From contig NW_026779236.1 in assembly GCF_030144855.1 (NCBI RefSeq), positions 1-64,000 of the forward strand: DNA of 64,000 nucleotides, given 5' to 3'. The notes beneath the pieces were generated by a model. The model was not told the origin of the DNA. It did not search any database and saw only the letters and a program-made list of their open reading frames with translations. The stretch's first letter is position 1. Each line of letters begins with the position of its first letter. The stretch is from Hypanus sabinus (taxonomy: Eukaryota). Below are positions 1 through 9,621 of this stretch, one piece after another. Position numbers and translations under genes: made by a program.

Positions 1-31
1 AGGAGAGGATGAATTGCAGAAGGAGAAACAT
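1..31 (-). CDS. TRBV: Partial leader exon of a family-A TCR-beta-like V gene (V-A0); the rest of the gene lies left of the window
   Basis: Minus strand reads ATG TTT CTC CTT CTG CAA TTC ATC CTC TCC (MFLLLQFILS...). It is homologous to the leaders at 6116-6152 and 16216-16258 and has the same upstream promoter motifs. Confidence 0.75.
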   Translation of the reverse strand, partial: MFLLLQFILS

Positions 32-112
32 CTTCCTTGGAGGGTTGACTCTCTCAGTGATGAAAGTGGTGCGTGCGGCAGAGACGAATTCATTCACTTT
101 GTCTCATATACC

Positions 113-156
113 AGTGACGTATGTGGATTGGAAGACGTAGCCACTGGGCACGCCCC
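113..156. promoter_or_regulatory. V-A0 promoter: CRE/TRBV-decamer-like AGTGACGTAT (113-122) and CACGCCCC GC/KLF box (149-156)
   Basis: Both motifs recur at equivalent positions upstream of the other two family-A genes. The mammalian TRBV decamer consensus is AGTGAYRTCA. Confidence 0.6.
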
Positions 157-804
157 TTCAATACTCAAACCCGATTCGAGACCTCCTGCTCCCGGTCTAC
201 CAGTTTGGCCACACAATACACTCTCTCTGTCGCTGTCCCCGTCCCTCGCAATCCCTTCTTTCCTCTTCCCCTTTATTTCAACGTGTGCGATTTCTTAATG
301 CTCCCAAGACCTTGTAATTCCGGAAATCTATACAAACCTGTGAAAGGAGGAGGATTCTATGATCCAACACGATTCGGGGAGTTGAGCTGCATCCGCTGTG
401 CCAAGTTGAGCAGACAACACTCTCCCTCTCTCCGTCCTACCCTCTCGCTTTCTTCATCTAAGCACCGCCCGCATCTCACATTGTGGATTTATGTAAGCTC
501 CCAAATGTTTGTCATTTTGGAAATTTACACATCCTCTGTATCAGGCTGATCACAATTCACCTCCCTTTCGTTGAAAACAAGGGACTAGTGTAATGAGGGC
601 CACACGCCCCCTGGACAACCATGTGTTCTGCATGGAGTAGCCTTGGACATTCGATATCCCTCTTTTTCTCTCCGTCCGAGACCCCATCTCTGTCTCCTAG
701 CCCTTGCTGCATCGTAGCCGAACCGAAAATTCACCTTTACAAAAATAATTTGTCCCATTCATTCCTTTCGAAACATCTGATATAGATTTTAGTTCAGTAC
801 ATTT

Positions 805-818
805 CCGGCCCCTAGTGG
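805..818 (-). promoter_or_regulatory. CTCF-like motif upstream of V-A0
   Basis: Minus strand CCACTAGGGGCCGG matches CCASYAGRKGGCRS at 13/14. It is the paralogue of the 16796-16809 motif. Confidence 0.5.
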
Positions 819-1199
819 TAGCATCCGGTGCCTCCAATCTCGCTCAATGGCAGAGAGGTAGAGAGAGCAGATCTGTAAGCAAGACCACTTTCTTCTCCAC
901 AATCTAAACTCAAGGATGTGTGTCCCTGCACACGTTCATGCTCTTATTAGCTTCCAGGCTGAAATCATTTTTTTTTATGTCGAACTTCTCTTCCCTGTTA
1001 CTCTGTTTGGCATATATACAAGCATGAATCTGATTTAACTCTTTCTTTTCAAGGGCCGAATATGAAGATCTGGCCGCGGGTTTGGTTCAGTGACTTTATT
1101 CCCTAAGGAACTAAGAGCATGAAAGTTCGATCTCGCCTGCACGCGATTTTATGAGATCTGTGGTGCCGTTTACCCGGCATCCATTGGCTGACTGACATC

Positions 1200-1540
1200 A
1201 GACATCTCCCGATGAAGGGGCTCTTTCTGAAACGGCTGGATCATTTCGTGCACCTCCAATGCCTCTGTACAATTTCAGCTAATCCATTCTCAGTTAAGAG
1301 TTCCAAACCAGTTTACAACAACCCAACTCACACCCTCCCAGTGCTGTATAAACTATCAACATCAAATCCTTGCGTTTAGATTCTAGTTCTCCCGAAATAA
1401 ATGCAAACGACGTATGTGCGCTTCTGCAGCACAGACTTAACCAGCAAATTAACCCTGATGGAATCCTTAATAAGGACTTTCTAATCCCTTTGAACATAAA
1501 AGTGTTGAATTTTCTCTCCATTTAGAATAGCGTTAATCTT
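1200..1540 (-). mobile_element. Old CR1 LINE RT relic, shared with the paralogous block at about 17200-17520
   Basis: Degenerate translation resembles the CR1 ORF2 region around AFI..IEYKS..VML.LYKALV. Confidence 0.5.
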
Positions 1541-1869
1541 TAGATTTCTTCCACAGAAGTGCATGACAATGGACGTCACGTGACTGCCGTCTACCAACCC
1601 GTCTTGAGTCATTCTGCGGCCACTCAGCTTTTTAAAAGTACTTGTCCCTCCACTGATCTTGCTACGGTGGGTAAAGCTGGCCGCAAAGCCATCAATTCAA
1701 TTCTAAATCATTGAGACACAACGTATAAAGATGTGGTCCCACATCAGCGGTTGCGTAGATGTTGGAGTCAATGGTTGAGGATGTGCTTCCGGGGCGCTTG
1801 GAGGCGCATGATAGAATTAGGTCGCAGTCAGTATGTTTTCCTTAAGTGAAAATTTGGCCTGAGCAATCT

Positions 1870-2870
1870 AGTGGACGGTTTTGAACAAATAGTAAGCAGT
1901 ACAGAGAAAGGGGATTCGCGGAGTTATGCACTTGAAGTTTCAGAAGGCCTTTGACAATGCGTCACACACGATGCTGCATAACATAAGCCCACCGTACTAC
2001 AGCTACGACGAGTCACTCAGTTTTTTTTTCTTAAGCCATGCTCCCCAATCCAACCAACATCCCTGTAAATCTCCTCTGCACCTTTTCAATGGTTTCCACA
2101 TCCTTCCTCCTGTGAGGCGACCAGAACTAAGCACAATATTCCAAGATGGTCTGACCGGTGTCCGATATAGCTGCAACATTACCTTTCCGCTCCTATTATG
2201 TATCTCGAAATGTTCATAAATCCTGCCTCTCAGGATCTTCTCCATCAGCTTACCAACCACTGAAGTTGAACTCACTGACTATAATTTCCTGGGCTACGTC
2301 TACTCACTCCTTGAATAATGGTTAAATATCCGCAACCTTTCGGCTCTTCGGAAATTCTCCTGTCCCCACTGATTATGCCAAGACAATTTGTCAGAGGATC
2401 AGTAATCTCCTCCCTCGCCTCACACCGTAGTCTGGGGTACATTTCGGCCGCTCCCTGTGACGTATCCAAATAGATTCTTTCCAAAAACCCCTTTTGTAAT
2501 ATCTGCATGCTCAACCTTTTCAGTCCGCTATCGGTTATCCCTACAATCGCCAAAATCCTTTTCCATAGTGAATATTAATTAAGAATCTCTCCTATCACCT
2601 TCGGTCCCATATACACACTTCCACTGTGACACTTTACATGTCCTATTCTCCTACGTCTTATCCTGTTGTTCTTCACATACTTGTGGTACGCCTTGGAGTT
2701 TCCCTTAGTCCCGTCCGCCAAGGCCTTCCCATCGCCACTTCTGGCTCTCCTGATTTCTTTCTTAATCTCTAATTTGCCGGCCTTATACGCTTCTACATCT
2801 CTAACATTATCTGGTTGTTTTTCCAAGCTCTCGTGAGCTCTTCTTTTCCTCTGCACTAGATTTACAAGGG
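1870..2870. mobile_element. CR1 LINE fragments in mixed orientation
   Basis: Plus strand has an FQKAFD RT piece at about 1930-1970. Minus-strand ORFs give SVVGKLMEKILR and KAYHKYVKNNRIRRRRIG..., similar to the CR1 ORF2 at 35873. Confidence 0.75.
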
Positions 2871-3722
2871 TAAATTTTTGGACACAACGGTCTCTGTACC
2901 CCACCACCCTTTCCCTGTCTCTTTGATTCTTTTCCAATCACGCGATGAAAATTGTAAGCGGACACAGCAGGAGAGCGTCCAAGGTTCACTTGGGTTGGCA
3001 CGCGTCTGACATTCACAACAGTATCCCAGGCAACCACGGCCCACTGCAACTAGGCTTCTGTCAGATGTCATACGTATATCCCTGCTCCGATTTATAAAGT
3101 ATGTGATCAGTAAAGCAACCTGCTTCAGATGATTATAAAAAATAAATATAACGCCTCATACTGTAATTCAAACAAAACCTAGCTCCGGAATCGTAGATTC
3201 TGCGTTCAGACTGACTTCCACTGCAACTGTTAAAGGAATGAAAAACCAGTCTGGCACGGTTCCATTGCGGGTTCAGCTCTAACCCCATTTTGCCCTGTGA
3301 AGATACGTCTCTACCAAAGGTGCTGTGAGGCGCGCCTTCCCTCCGCTGGCCTGTGGATCGCTCTTTGCAAGGAGTACAACTTGCCCAGCTCAACAGTTTG
3401 GGTCACGTGGTGGCACTTCCTGCGCATCATACCCTGAACGTCCTGACAATTCAAAAACCGAAAGGAGAGCGAAGGTGGAAGAATAGTTGATGAGGAACGA
3501 GAGTTTCAGAGGGCACTTGGTTTTATTTGCTAAGGAACTGGAGGTACGGCAACTGTCACCAACAACAACCCAATTATAAGCTACCAAGAGAAACATAGAA
3601 AAGTACAGAAAACTTACAGCACAACATAAGCCGTTCGCCGAACATGTCATTCCTTTAGAAATTATCCAGGGTGACCCATTGCCAGAAACATGTGTTTAAT
3701 TATTTTCCGATCTCACTTTCTC

Positions 3723-4019
3723 NNNNNNNNNNNNNNNNNNNNNNNNNNNNNNNNNNNNNNNNNNNNNNNNNNNNNNNNNNNNNNNNNNNNNNNNNNNNNN
3801 NNNNNNNNNNNNNNNNNNNNNNNNNNNNNNNNNNNNNNNNNNNNNNNNNNNNNNNNNNNNNNNNNNNNNNNNNNNNNNNNNNNNNNNNNNNNNNNNNNNN
3901 NNNNNNNNNNNNNNNNNNNNNNNNNNNNNNNNNNNNNNNNNNNNNNNNNNNNNNNNNNNNNNNNNNNNNNNNNNNNNNNNNNNNNNNNNNNNNNNNNNNN
4001 NNNNNNNNNNNNNNNNNNN
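3723..4019. other. Assembly gap (297 N)
   Basis: Run of N. Confidence 1.
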
Positions 4020-4195
4020 TCCTCCTTCCTGACGAAACTTCCTGCTGATTCTCTCACTGCTCATCACTTTCTCATCTGTCCATCTCGTTATTTATTTATC
4101 TTGGTATGTGTCTGTGTATTTCCGTCTGAATAAAGAGTTCTCTTTTGGCAAATTATGATCGATGATTTACTATATTTGTCCCATCTACATGGAAC

Positions 4196-4420
4196 TTCAA
4201 CGACCATAACGGTTCTGTATAGATAGAGAGATAGACAGTGAGAGAAAGAGATATATGTATATAGATAGATAGATAGATAGATAGATAGATTGATAGATAG
4301 ATAGATAGAAAGATAGATAGACAGACAGACAGACACACAGCAAGATCGATCAGCAGACAGATAGGCAGTTATTTTGTTAGATAGGTGGGTAGATATACAG
4401 TTACAGGGATAGACAGATAG
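4196..4420. repeat. (GATA)n/(GACA)n microsatellite and degenerate flanks
   Basis: The purest tract is tagatagatag...gacagacagac at about 4260-4335. Confidence 0.95.
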
Positions 4421-4689
4421 TCCAACATGACTGAATATAAACGTTCAATCATAGAACTCCATTCATGTTCTTGTTCTGCTCGTCAGTATCACTTCCCAGC
4501 TCCAGAAAAGCTGCGATGGGTGAATGTGGCATTGTGCTTGCGTCGCGTTTACATGTTTTTGCATGTTTTGCAGGTTTCCTGCATCTGACGATTCTATTCT
4601 TTTTAAAATACCTCGATCTACCGACACCCTCAGATGTTCAGTTATCGGTGAACATGTCCACCAAAATCGATCTGTTCCTCCAAAGTGCG

Positions 4690-5040
4690 CCGTGTTCCAC
4701 CCTTCACGGTGTGTGTCCGACCTTCGTTATCCTTTCTGTCCTCGTCTCTTAACAATCTCCATTACACCGCCCTCTACTCTCTTTCTACACCGAAAGCCCT
4801 CTGTCACGCAACAGACCCCACCAATTACGTTGTTTATACTACCCTGTACACTGATGTCCCTCTCCCCCTCGATATATCCCACCATTCACGTTGTGTGTCC
4901 TACCCTGTACACTGATGTCCCTCTTCTCTTCGACACTTCTCACCTTTCACGGTATGTCCTACCCTTGATTACCGAGCTCCCTCTGACCATTGCCACGCCC
5001 CACCACTCACAGTGTGTGTCCAGTTCTCAGACACCAAAAT
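4690..5040. repeat. Degenerate pyrimidine-rich tandem repeat, period about 60 bp
   Basis: CTACCCTGTACACTGATGTCCCTCT occurs at about 4839 and 4900, with recurrent TCACGxTGTGTGTCC motifs. Confidence 0.6.
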
Positions 5041-5504
5041 CCGCCTGTCCCTCGAAGCTCCCCATCATTAACAGAATGTGTCCAATCATTTTGCCCAGCA
5101 GACTCAACCATTTCGGACATTTTATCAAAACCTTACGTCCCGAGGATCCGCTGCTCCCGAACCGTCCAGCATTACTCGCATTCTGTGTTTTCACTAATGG
5201 GAACATTGAACTTTAAGAGAGAACATTATAGGCAAACTCAAAGTTTCCGATCCTCCCAGGCCGATGATGTGTGGGGGGCCGCACATCACAGGGAAGAATG
5301 GAGTGGAGAGGTGAGTCTGCGGATTGTCAGCTGAATGCTTCAGGAGAGGAGGAAATTCAAAGCTTAGGTGCAATGGCATCGATTCTTTTTTCACTGATTG
5401 GACACGCGGCGCACATGACTGTATGACAGGCTCACCGCCCACACTATGGTTGACATGAGACGTGATTCCTGTTTTGCTGACATCAGCGACCCTTCTAACG
5501 GCGA

Positions 5505-5543
5505 GGTTTTTGTGCAGCTGCCCCGTCAGTCTGAGCCGCCGTG
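5505..5543 (-). other. 23-RSS of V-A1: CACGGCG - 23 bp - ACAAAAACC
   Basis: Heptamer 5537-5543, spacer 5514-5536, nonamer 5505-5513. Confidence 0.92.
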
Positions 5544-6152
5544 AATACTCCAGGTGTAGAAATACACGGCCGACGAATCCGCCTCCAGTTTGTCCGATTT
5601 CAGTCTGAACTTGTTGATCTGAGGTCTCTCCGCCATAAAACCGCCGACCAATTTCTTCGGCTGCACGTAATTAACTGCGATCGAGTGAAACATGTACTCC
5701 GGACCGGTTCCCGGGTATTGCCGGTACCAGTACAGCCAGTTGTCAGTAGCACTGGTAATGCCCTCTACTGCACAACGCAGTGTCGCCTTCCGGCCGGAAG
5801 GTCCGGAGAAAGCCGGAGATTGGTGGATCGTCACCGAGGTCACGTCTGGAAAAAGAGGCGGTGGAGGCAAAATGATGTGAATGAACACGGGGACCCTGGT
5901 CAGTTGGGAAGGGGAGAAAGAGGGTGCGTCGGGGGAAGGAAAGCGGATGTCTGAAGCCGGGAATGCTCCAGAGGCGGTGGGAATTTAAAGGCGGCGGCGA
6001 GGGAAGGTAAAGAAATGAGGAATGGTTTCGAGACTACTGAAGGGCAAATCAAGTGAAAGGAATGTCAATGGAAGGCAGAAGCAGATAAACATAATATTTG
6101 TGGAGTTTCACTCACAGTGGAAAGCGAGGATGAATTGCACAAAGAGAATCAT
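5544..6152 (-). CDS. TRBV: TCR-beta-like V gene, family A (V-A1). Open frame but second Cys replaced by Tyr, so probably non-functional
   Basis: Leader exon 6116-6152 (MILFVQFILAFH, T|gtgagt). V exon 5544-5845 follows ...ttttccag and reads VTIHQSPAFSGPSGRKATLRC...LYWYRQYPG...AERPQINKFRLKSDKLEADSSAVYFYTWS. TAC sits at the Cys104 position (5556-5558). Confidence 0.85.
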
Positions 6153-6243
6153 CTTCCTTGGCAGGTTTAACTTCGCAGTGATGAAAGCGGTGCGTGCAGT
6201 AGAGATGAATCCATTTACTGGGACCCCGTTTGTTACGTATCCC

Positions 6244-6288
6244 AGTGACGCAATGTGCTTTTGCAGAAATAGCATTCAGCCACGCCCC
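6244..6288. promoter_or_regulatory. V-A1 promoter: AGTGACGCAA (6244-6253) and CACGCCCC (6281-6288)
   Basis: Positionally conserved with the V-A0 and V-A2 promoters, 92 bp upstream of the ATG. Confidence 0.6.
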
Positions 6289-6582
6289 TTCCTTGAACCT
6301 GCCCAAAAGGCAGAGAAGCTGCTGGATTGGTGACTGGAGACTTAATTTTCATCGGCTCCTTTACTGAAGTAACCAGATGTACGGATAAAGGGGACGTTTG
6401 AGCCTTTTGCTGAGCCGTGCGCGGGGCCCTCTCCGGTTTCCTGCCGTCAATTGCAGAGCAGATGGTACAGCAGGCCGTTATCCATCAAAGACCCTTTGCT
6501 CGTCGATGTGATATCTGAGATATCGAGAGCATACGCGGAAAGGCAGCCGACTGCCGCCCGTTCGTGACAGAAAGCTCTTGTG

Positions 6583-6596
6583 CTGCCACCTACTGG
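6583..6596 (-). promoter_or_regulatory. CTCF-like motif 39 bp downstream of the V-B1 RSS
   Basis: Minus strand CCAGTAGGTGGCAG is a 14/14 match to CCASYAGRKGGCRS. Confidence 0.7.
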
Positions 6597-6635
6597 TAAA
6601 ACAATGCCACTGAACCTCCCTTCCAGAGGCAGGGA

Positions 6636-6674
6636 GGTTATTGTACAGCGAGACTCGTAATCTGCTGCTCTGTG
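6636..6674 (-). other. 23-RSS of V-B1: CACAGAG - 23 bp - ACAATAACC
   Basis: Heptamer 6668-6674, spacer 6645-6667, nonamer 6636-6644. Confidence 0.9.
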
Positions 6675-7568
6675 CGCTACTACAAGCGCAGTAGTAGACA
6701 GCGGAGTGGGAGGCCGATGTTCGTCCCAGTTCCAGTTTAAACAGAGTGTTGGTGGATCTTGTCGCTGTGTAGGAATCGGATGTGTAGTTCGCAACCACAC
6801 CTTGCCCAGCAGAATAGAAGAGGCAATCTATTGTCCCGTCCAGTCTCTCTCTATACCAATACATTGCTGGATAGCCCGTATTCAGCAGCTTACAAGACAG
6901 GCTGGCAGAGTCTCCGTCTCCGATTGACAAGGAAGAAGGCGACTGCTCCACGTAGGCGGACAGAATCCCTGTAAAACAGACATTCGATTGGACTCTAATT
7001 TCACTCAATTGTTGGTCAGAGTGCGCGGCGGCTACACAGAAGGCAGGGATTGACGCTTTTGATGACCCTGTGCACTATTCAACGAAACCGAAGCTTCACA
7101 GTATTGTCCGACGTGCAACAGGCCCGATACATGGTCTTGATGCACGCCTCCTCTTCTTCAGTCAAAACGAGTGCCATTCAGCCACAGTGAAGAATTGGGG
7201 TTAGTTACCGTGTGGCACACTCGCATTTGGTCCGCGTTCAGTACCCCGCACACCCTCCGAGAAATCCGACATATCTTCCTCGAAGCTTCATAGTGTAACA
7301 GCAGCAGACGTGTAATACCCTATTCCACAGTGGGTGGCTGCGACAAGAGCGTTTGCAATTTATCAGTAATTTGTCTCAAACGATGAAAGAGAAGACACCA
7401 ATTATTTGGCCGCACAGCTAGGAAATCTACCAAGCCTAACCACGTCCGAAGCTCCACGACCTGGTTTCAGAAAGTATAGTCCGCACCCTCCTTCCCCACG
7501 AAATGGGATTTTAACTTACCCGGGATCACAGCCGCAATCAGCTGGAGGCAAACTGTCCCTCGTCTCAT
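6675..7568 (-). CDS. TRBV: TCR-beta-like V gene, family B (V-B1), apparently intact
   Basis: Leader exon 7520-7568 (MRRGTVCLQLIAAVIP, G|gtaagt). A 551-nt intron ends ...ttttacag. V exon 6675-6968 reads GILSAYVEQSPSSLSIGDGDSASLSC...MYWYRE...TATRSTNTLFKLELGRTSASHSAVYYCACSS, with Cys23, Trp41 and Cys104 all present. Confidence 0.88.
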
Positions 7569-7653
7569 TGTTTACGGGATGTAGACACGTCCTGTATTTT
7601 GAATCCAGTGAAATTATGATTCAGCCCTTGGGGATGTCTCCCTGCACGGTCCG

Positions 7654-7700
7654 ATATAAAGGAACCTGCTTTCCGTTTGTTCTCCGAAAATTACGTCACT
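7654..7700 (-). promoter_or_regulatory. V-B1 promoter: decamer-like AGTGACGTAA (7691-7700) and TATA-like TTTATAT (7654-7660)
   Basis: The motifs lie 123 and about 86 bp upstream of the leader ATG. The block is homologous to 13570-13720. Confidence 0.65.
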
Positions 7701-8497
7701 TCTGCAGCAGCGCCCCTCCTTTGGGAGGATGACATTGTGGTGAAGCTGACGACAAGGCCAGAGAAGAGTTCATGTAATGCGGAAGCCTTTGTCCGATTCG
7801 ATGCTGGGAGTCACATATATCTGAGAAGCATTTTTAATATAATAGGCGAGCTACTTTTGCACATCTGCTCGTTATTGTAAATATGACTTCATCGAATCAA
7901 GTGCCAACATCTCAATGGATACAGAAGTTGCCTGACTGTCAGCCTAACCCTGGCATAACCCTATTCGTGATTCGGCCAACAACAGTTACTTCATTAGAAT
8001 GTTATAATGAGGGTCTCGATCTGTATTCAGCCGACCGGCCGTCTGGCTGCTCAGGACGCAGACTGTGGCGATGACACAAAGATCGTAAAGAAAACAGGAA
8101 AGAAAGAGAGAAAAAAAACAGCAGAAGAAGGAAGGAAAGACTGACAGGACGAAAAGTGGAATGGAAAAAAGAAGGAATAAGCATGAAATTACGTTGGAAT
8201 GCAGTCATGATGACAAACTCCGACGCAACGTCAGGGAGACTAAAGAACTCATGATTGAATACAGAACGAGGAAACCGCGAGTTTGACCCCCTGATTATCA
8301 TGTCCTCCTAATCGGAAATGTAATGTTTGAATGGCAGTGTAAGCGGAACAGCTGGCGCCACGAGAAATATTTTGAATGAAAGCCTCAAGTCCATTTTCGG
8401 AAAGGTTACACAATCTCATATACACCTCAGAGACCCGTCAAAATGCAGCTGTCCTGCCGACGGATGGATCTGCATATTCGTTGCTTTATGATCCACA

Positions 8498-8511
8498 GCG
8501 CCCCCTGCAGC
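8498..8511 (-). promoter_or_regulatory. CTCF-like motif between V-B2 and V-B1
   Basis: Minus strand GCTGCAGGGGGCGC matches at 12/14 with an intact AGGGGGCGC core. Confidence 0.5.
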
Positions 8512-9312
8512 AGACTCAGGATCGTTGGCGAAATCTGAATATCGATGAAGATGATACATATACCCATCAAATTGCATGCATTTTGGTTAGAGTCTCGTGC
8601 AGCCGATGGTAAATCCATTTGTCCTTGCAATCGAAAGTAGCCAAAGTTATCTCCACAATCCCACAAAACTACGGCCCACTGCAATTCTCCTCCCATCCAT
8701 ATCCGTCTATGTAGGATGCCATCTGCCTGTTCCCGGATTCATTTATACAGCCAATCGACAGCAAAGGCAGCAAACTTAGCTAATTGATTTTTTTTTTAAT
8801 CTCGGTGTGTGATCCCTATTAAAATTAACTCCATAATTGGGGATGATGATCTCACAAAACCAGCCAGCGCGGCTGCTTCCATTCGCAGCAGCTGATCTGG
8901 TCCTGTTACCCTGCGGGTTTTTGTTTAACTCTATCGTAACTTTCACATTGTACTGTGGTATTGTGGGTGAGAGAGGAGGTAGTTTCTACCAAAGGAAGTC
9001 GTAGGCGCTCCTTCCGTCTGTTGGCATGCGGGTCACATTCAGGCAAGTTGTAGCAGCTGAATGGCTTCCAGATCAGCCAATCGTGCATGCAAGTGTTGGA
9101 TAAGAACCGGCAAATCTGTCCTTGAGATCGGCTACACGCTGTCTCAGGTTTCTGAACCTTCTGCTCCTGTCGTGACCAGGGTCTATGATTCGGCGGAAAA
9201 GCAGCCGAGACCTGCCTGGTGAGACAGAAAAGGAGCAGACAGACACAATCCGGTGCTGCCACATACCGGTATAAGATAAACACTGACACTCCCTGCGATT
9301 TTCTGGTTGTCA

Positions 9313-9351
9313 GGTTTTTGTAGAGGGAGACTCGTAATTTCAATTTCTGTG
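9313..9351 (-). other. 23-RSS of V-B2: CACAGAA - 23 bp - ACAAAAACC
   Basis: Heptamer 9345-9351, spacer 9322-9344, nonamer 9313-9321. Confidence 0.9.
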
Positions 9352-9621
9352 CGCTACTATAAGCGCAGTAGTAGACGGCTGAGTGTGAGGCCGACGCCTG
9401 TCTCAGTTCCAGTTTAAACAGAGTGTTGCTGGGTCTTGTCGCCGTGTAGGATTCCGATGTGTAGTGCCTAACGGAACCCTGTCCAGCAGAATAAAACAGA
9501 GCATCTATTGTCTGCTCCGATCGCTGTCTGTACCAATATGTACTTCGATAGACGCTCGCGTGCTCTCCTTCGGCGACCGACAGGGAAGACGGCGACTGCT
9601 CCACGAACTCGGTCAAAATTC
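9352..9621 (-). pseudogene. TRBV: Family-B V exon (V-B2) with an in-frame 24-nt deletion removing Cys23 and part of CDR1; no intact leader found
   Basis: The exon is 270 nt against 294 nt in V-B1 and reads GILTEFVEQSPSSLSVAEGEHAS[del]VYRSTYWYRQ...SAVYYCAYSS. The acceptor is intact. The position homologous to the B1 donor (about 9970-9980) lacks GT. Confidence 0.85.

Noticed and set aside
2862-3071. Minus ORF with faint V-like wording (TLSC...W...GKG.W)
   Set aside because: No convincing alignment to family A or B, no acceptor, no RSS, and it runs into a CR1. Only the non-coding similarity to 8.7 kb was kept.
3671-4338. ORFs of 61-147 aa
   Set aside because: Artefacts of the N gap and the GATA microsatellite.
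4524-5216. 230-aa plus-strand ORF
   Set aside because: Low-complexity product of a pyrimidine-rich degenerate repeat with no domain motifs.
5484-5501. Possible CTCF motif just beyond the V-A1 nonamer (CAGCGACCCTTCTAACGG)
   Set aside because: It needs an indel to match and has no equivalent at V-A2.
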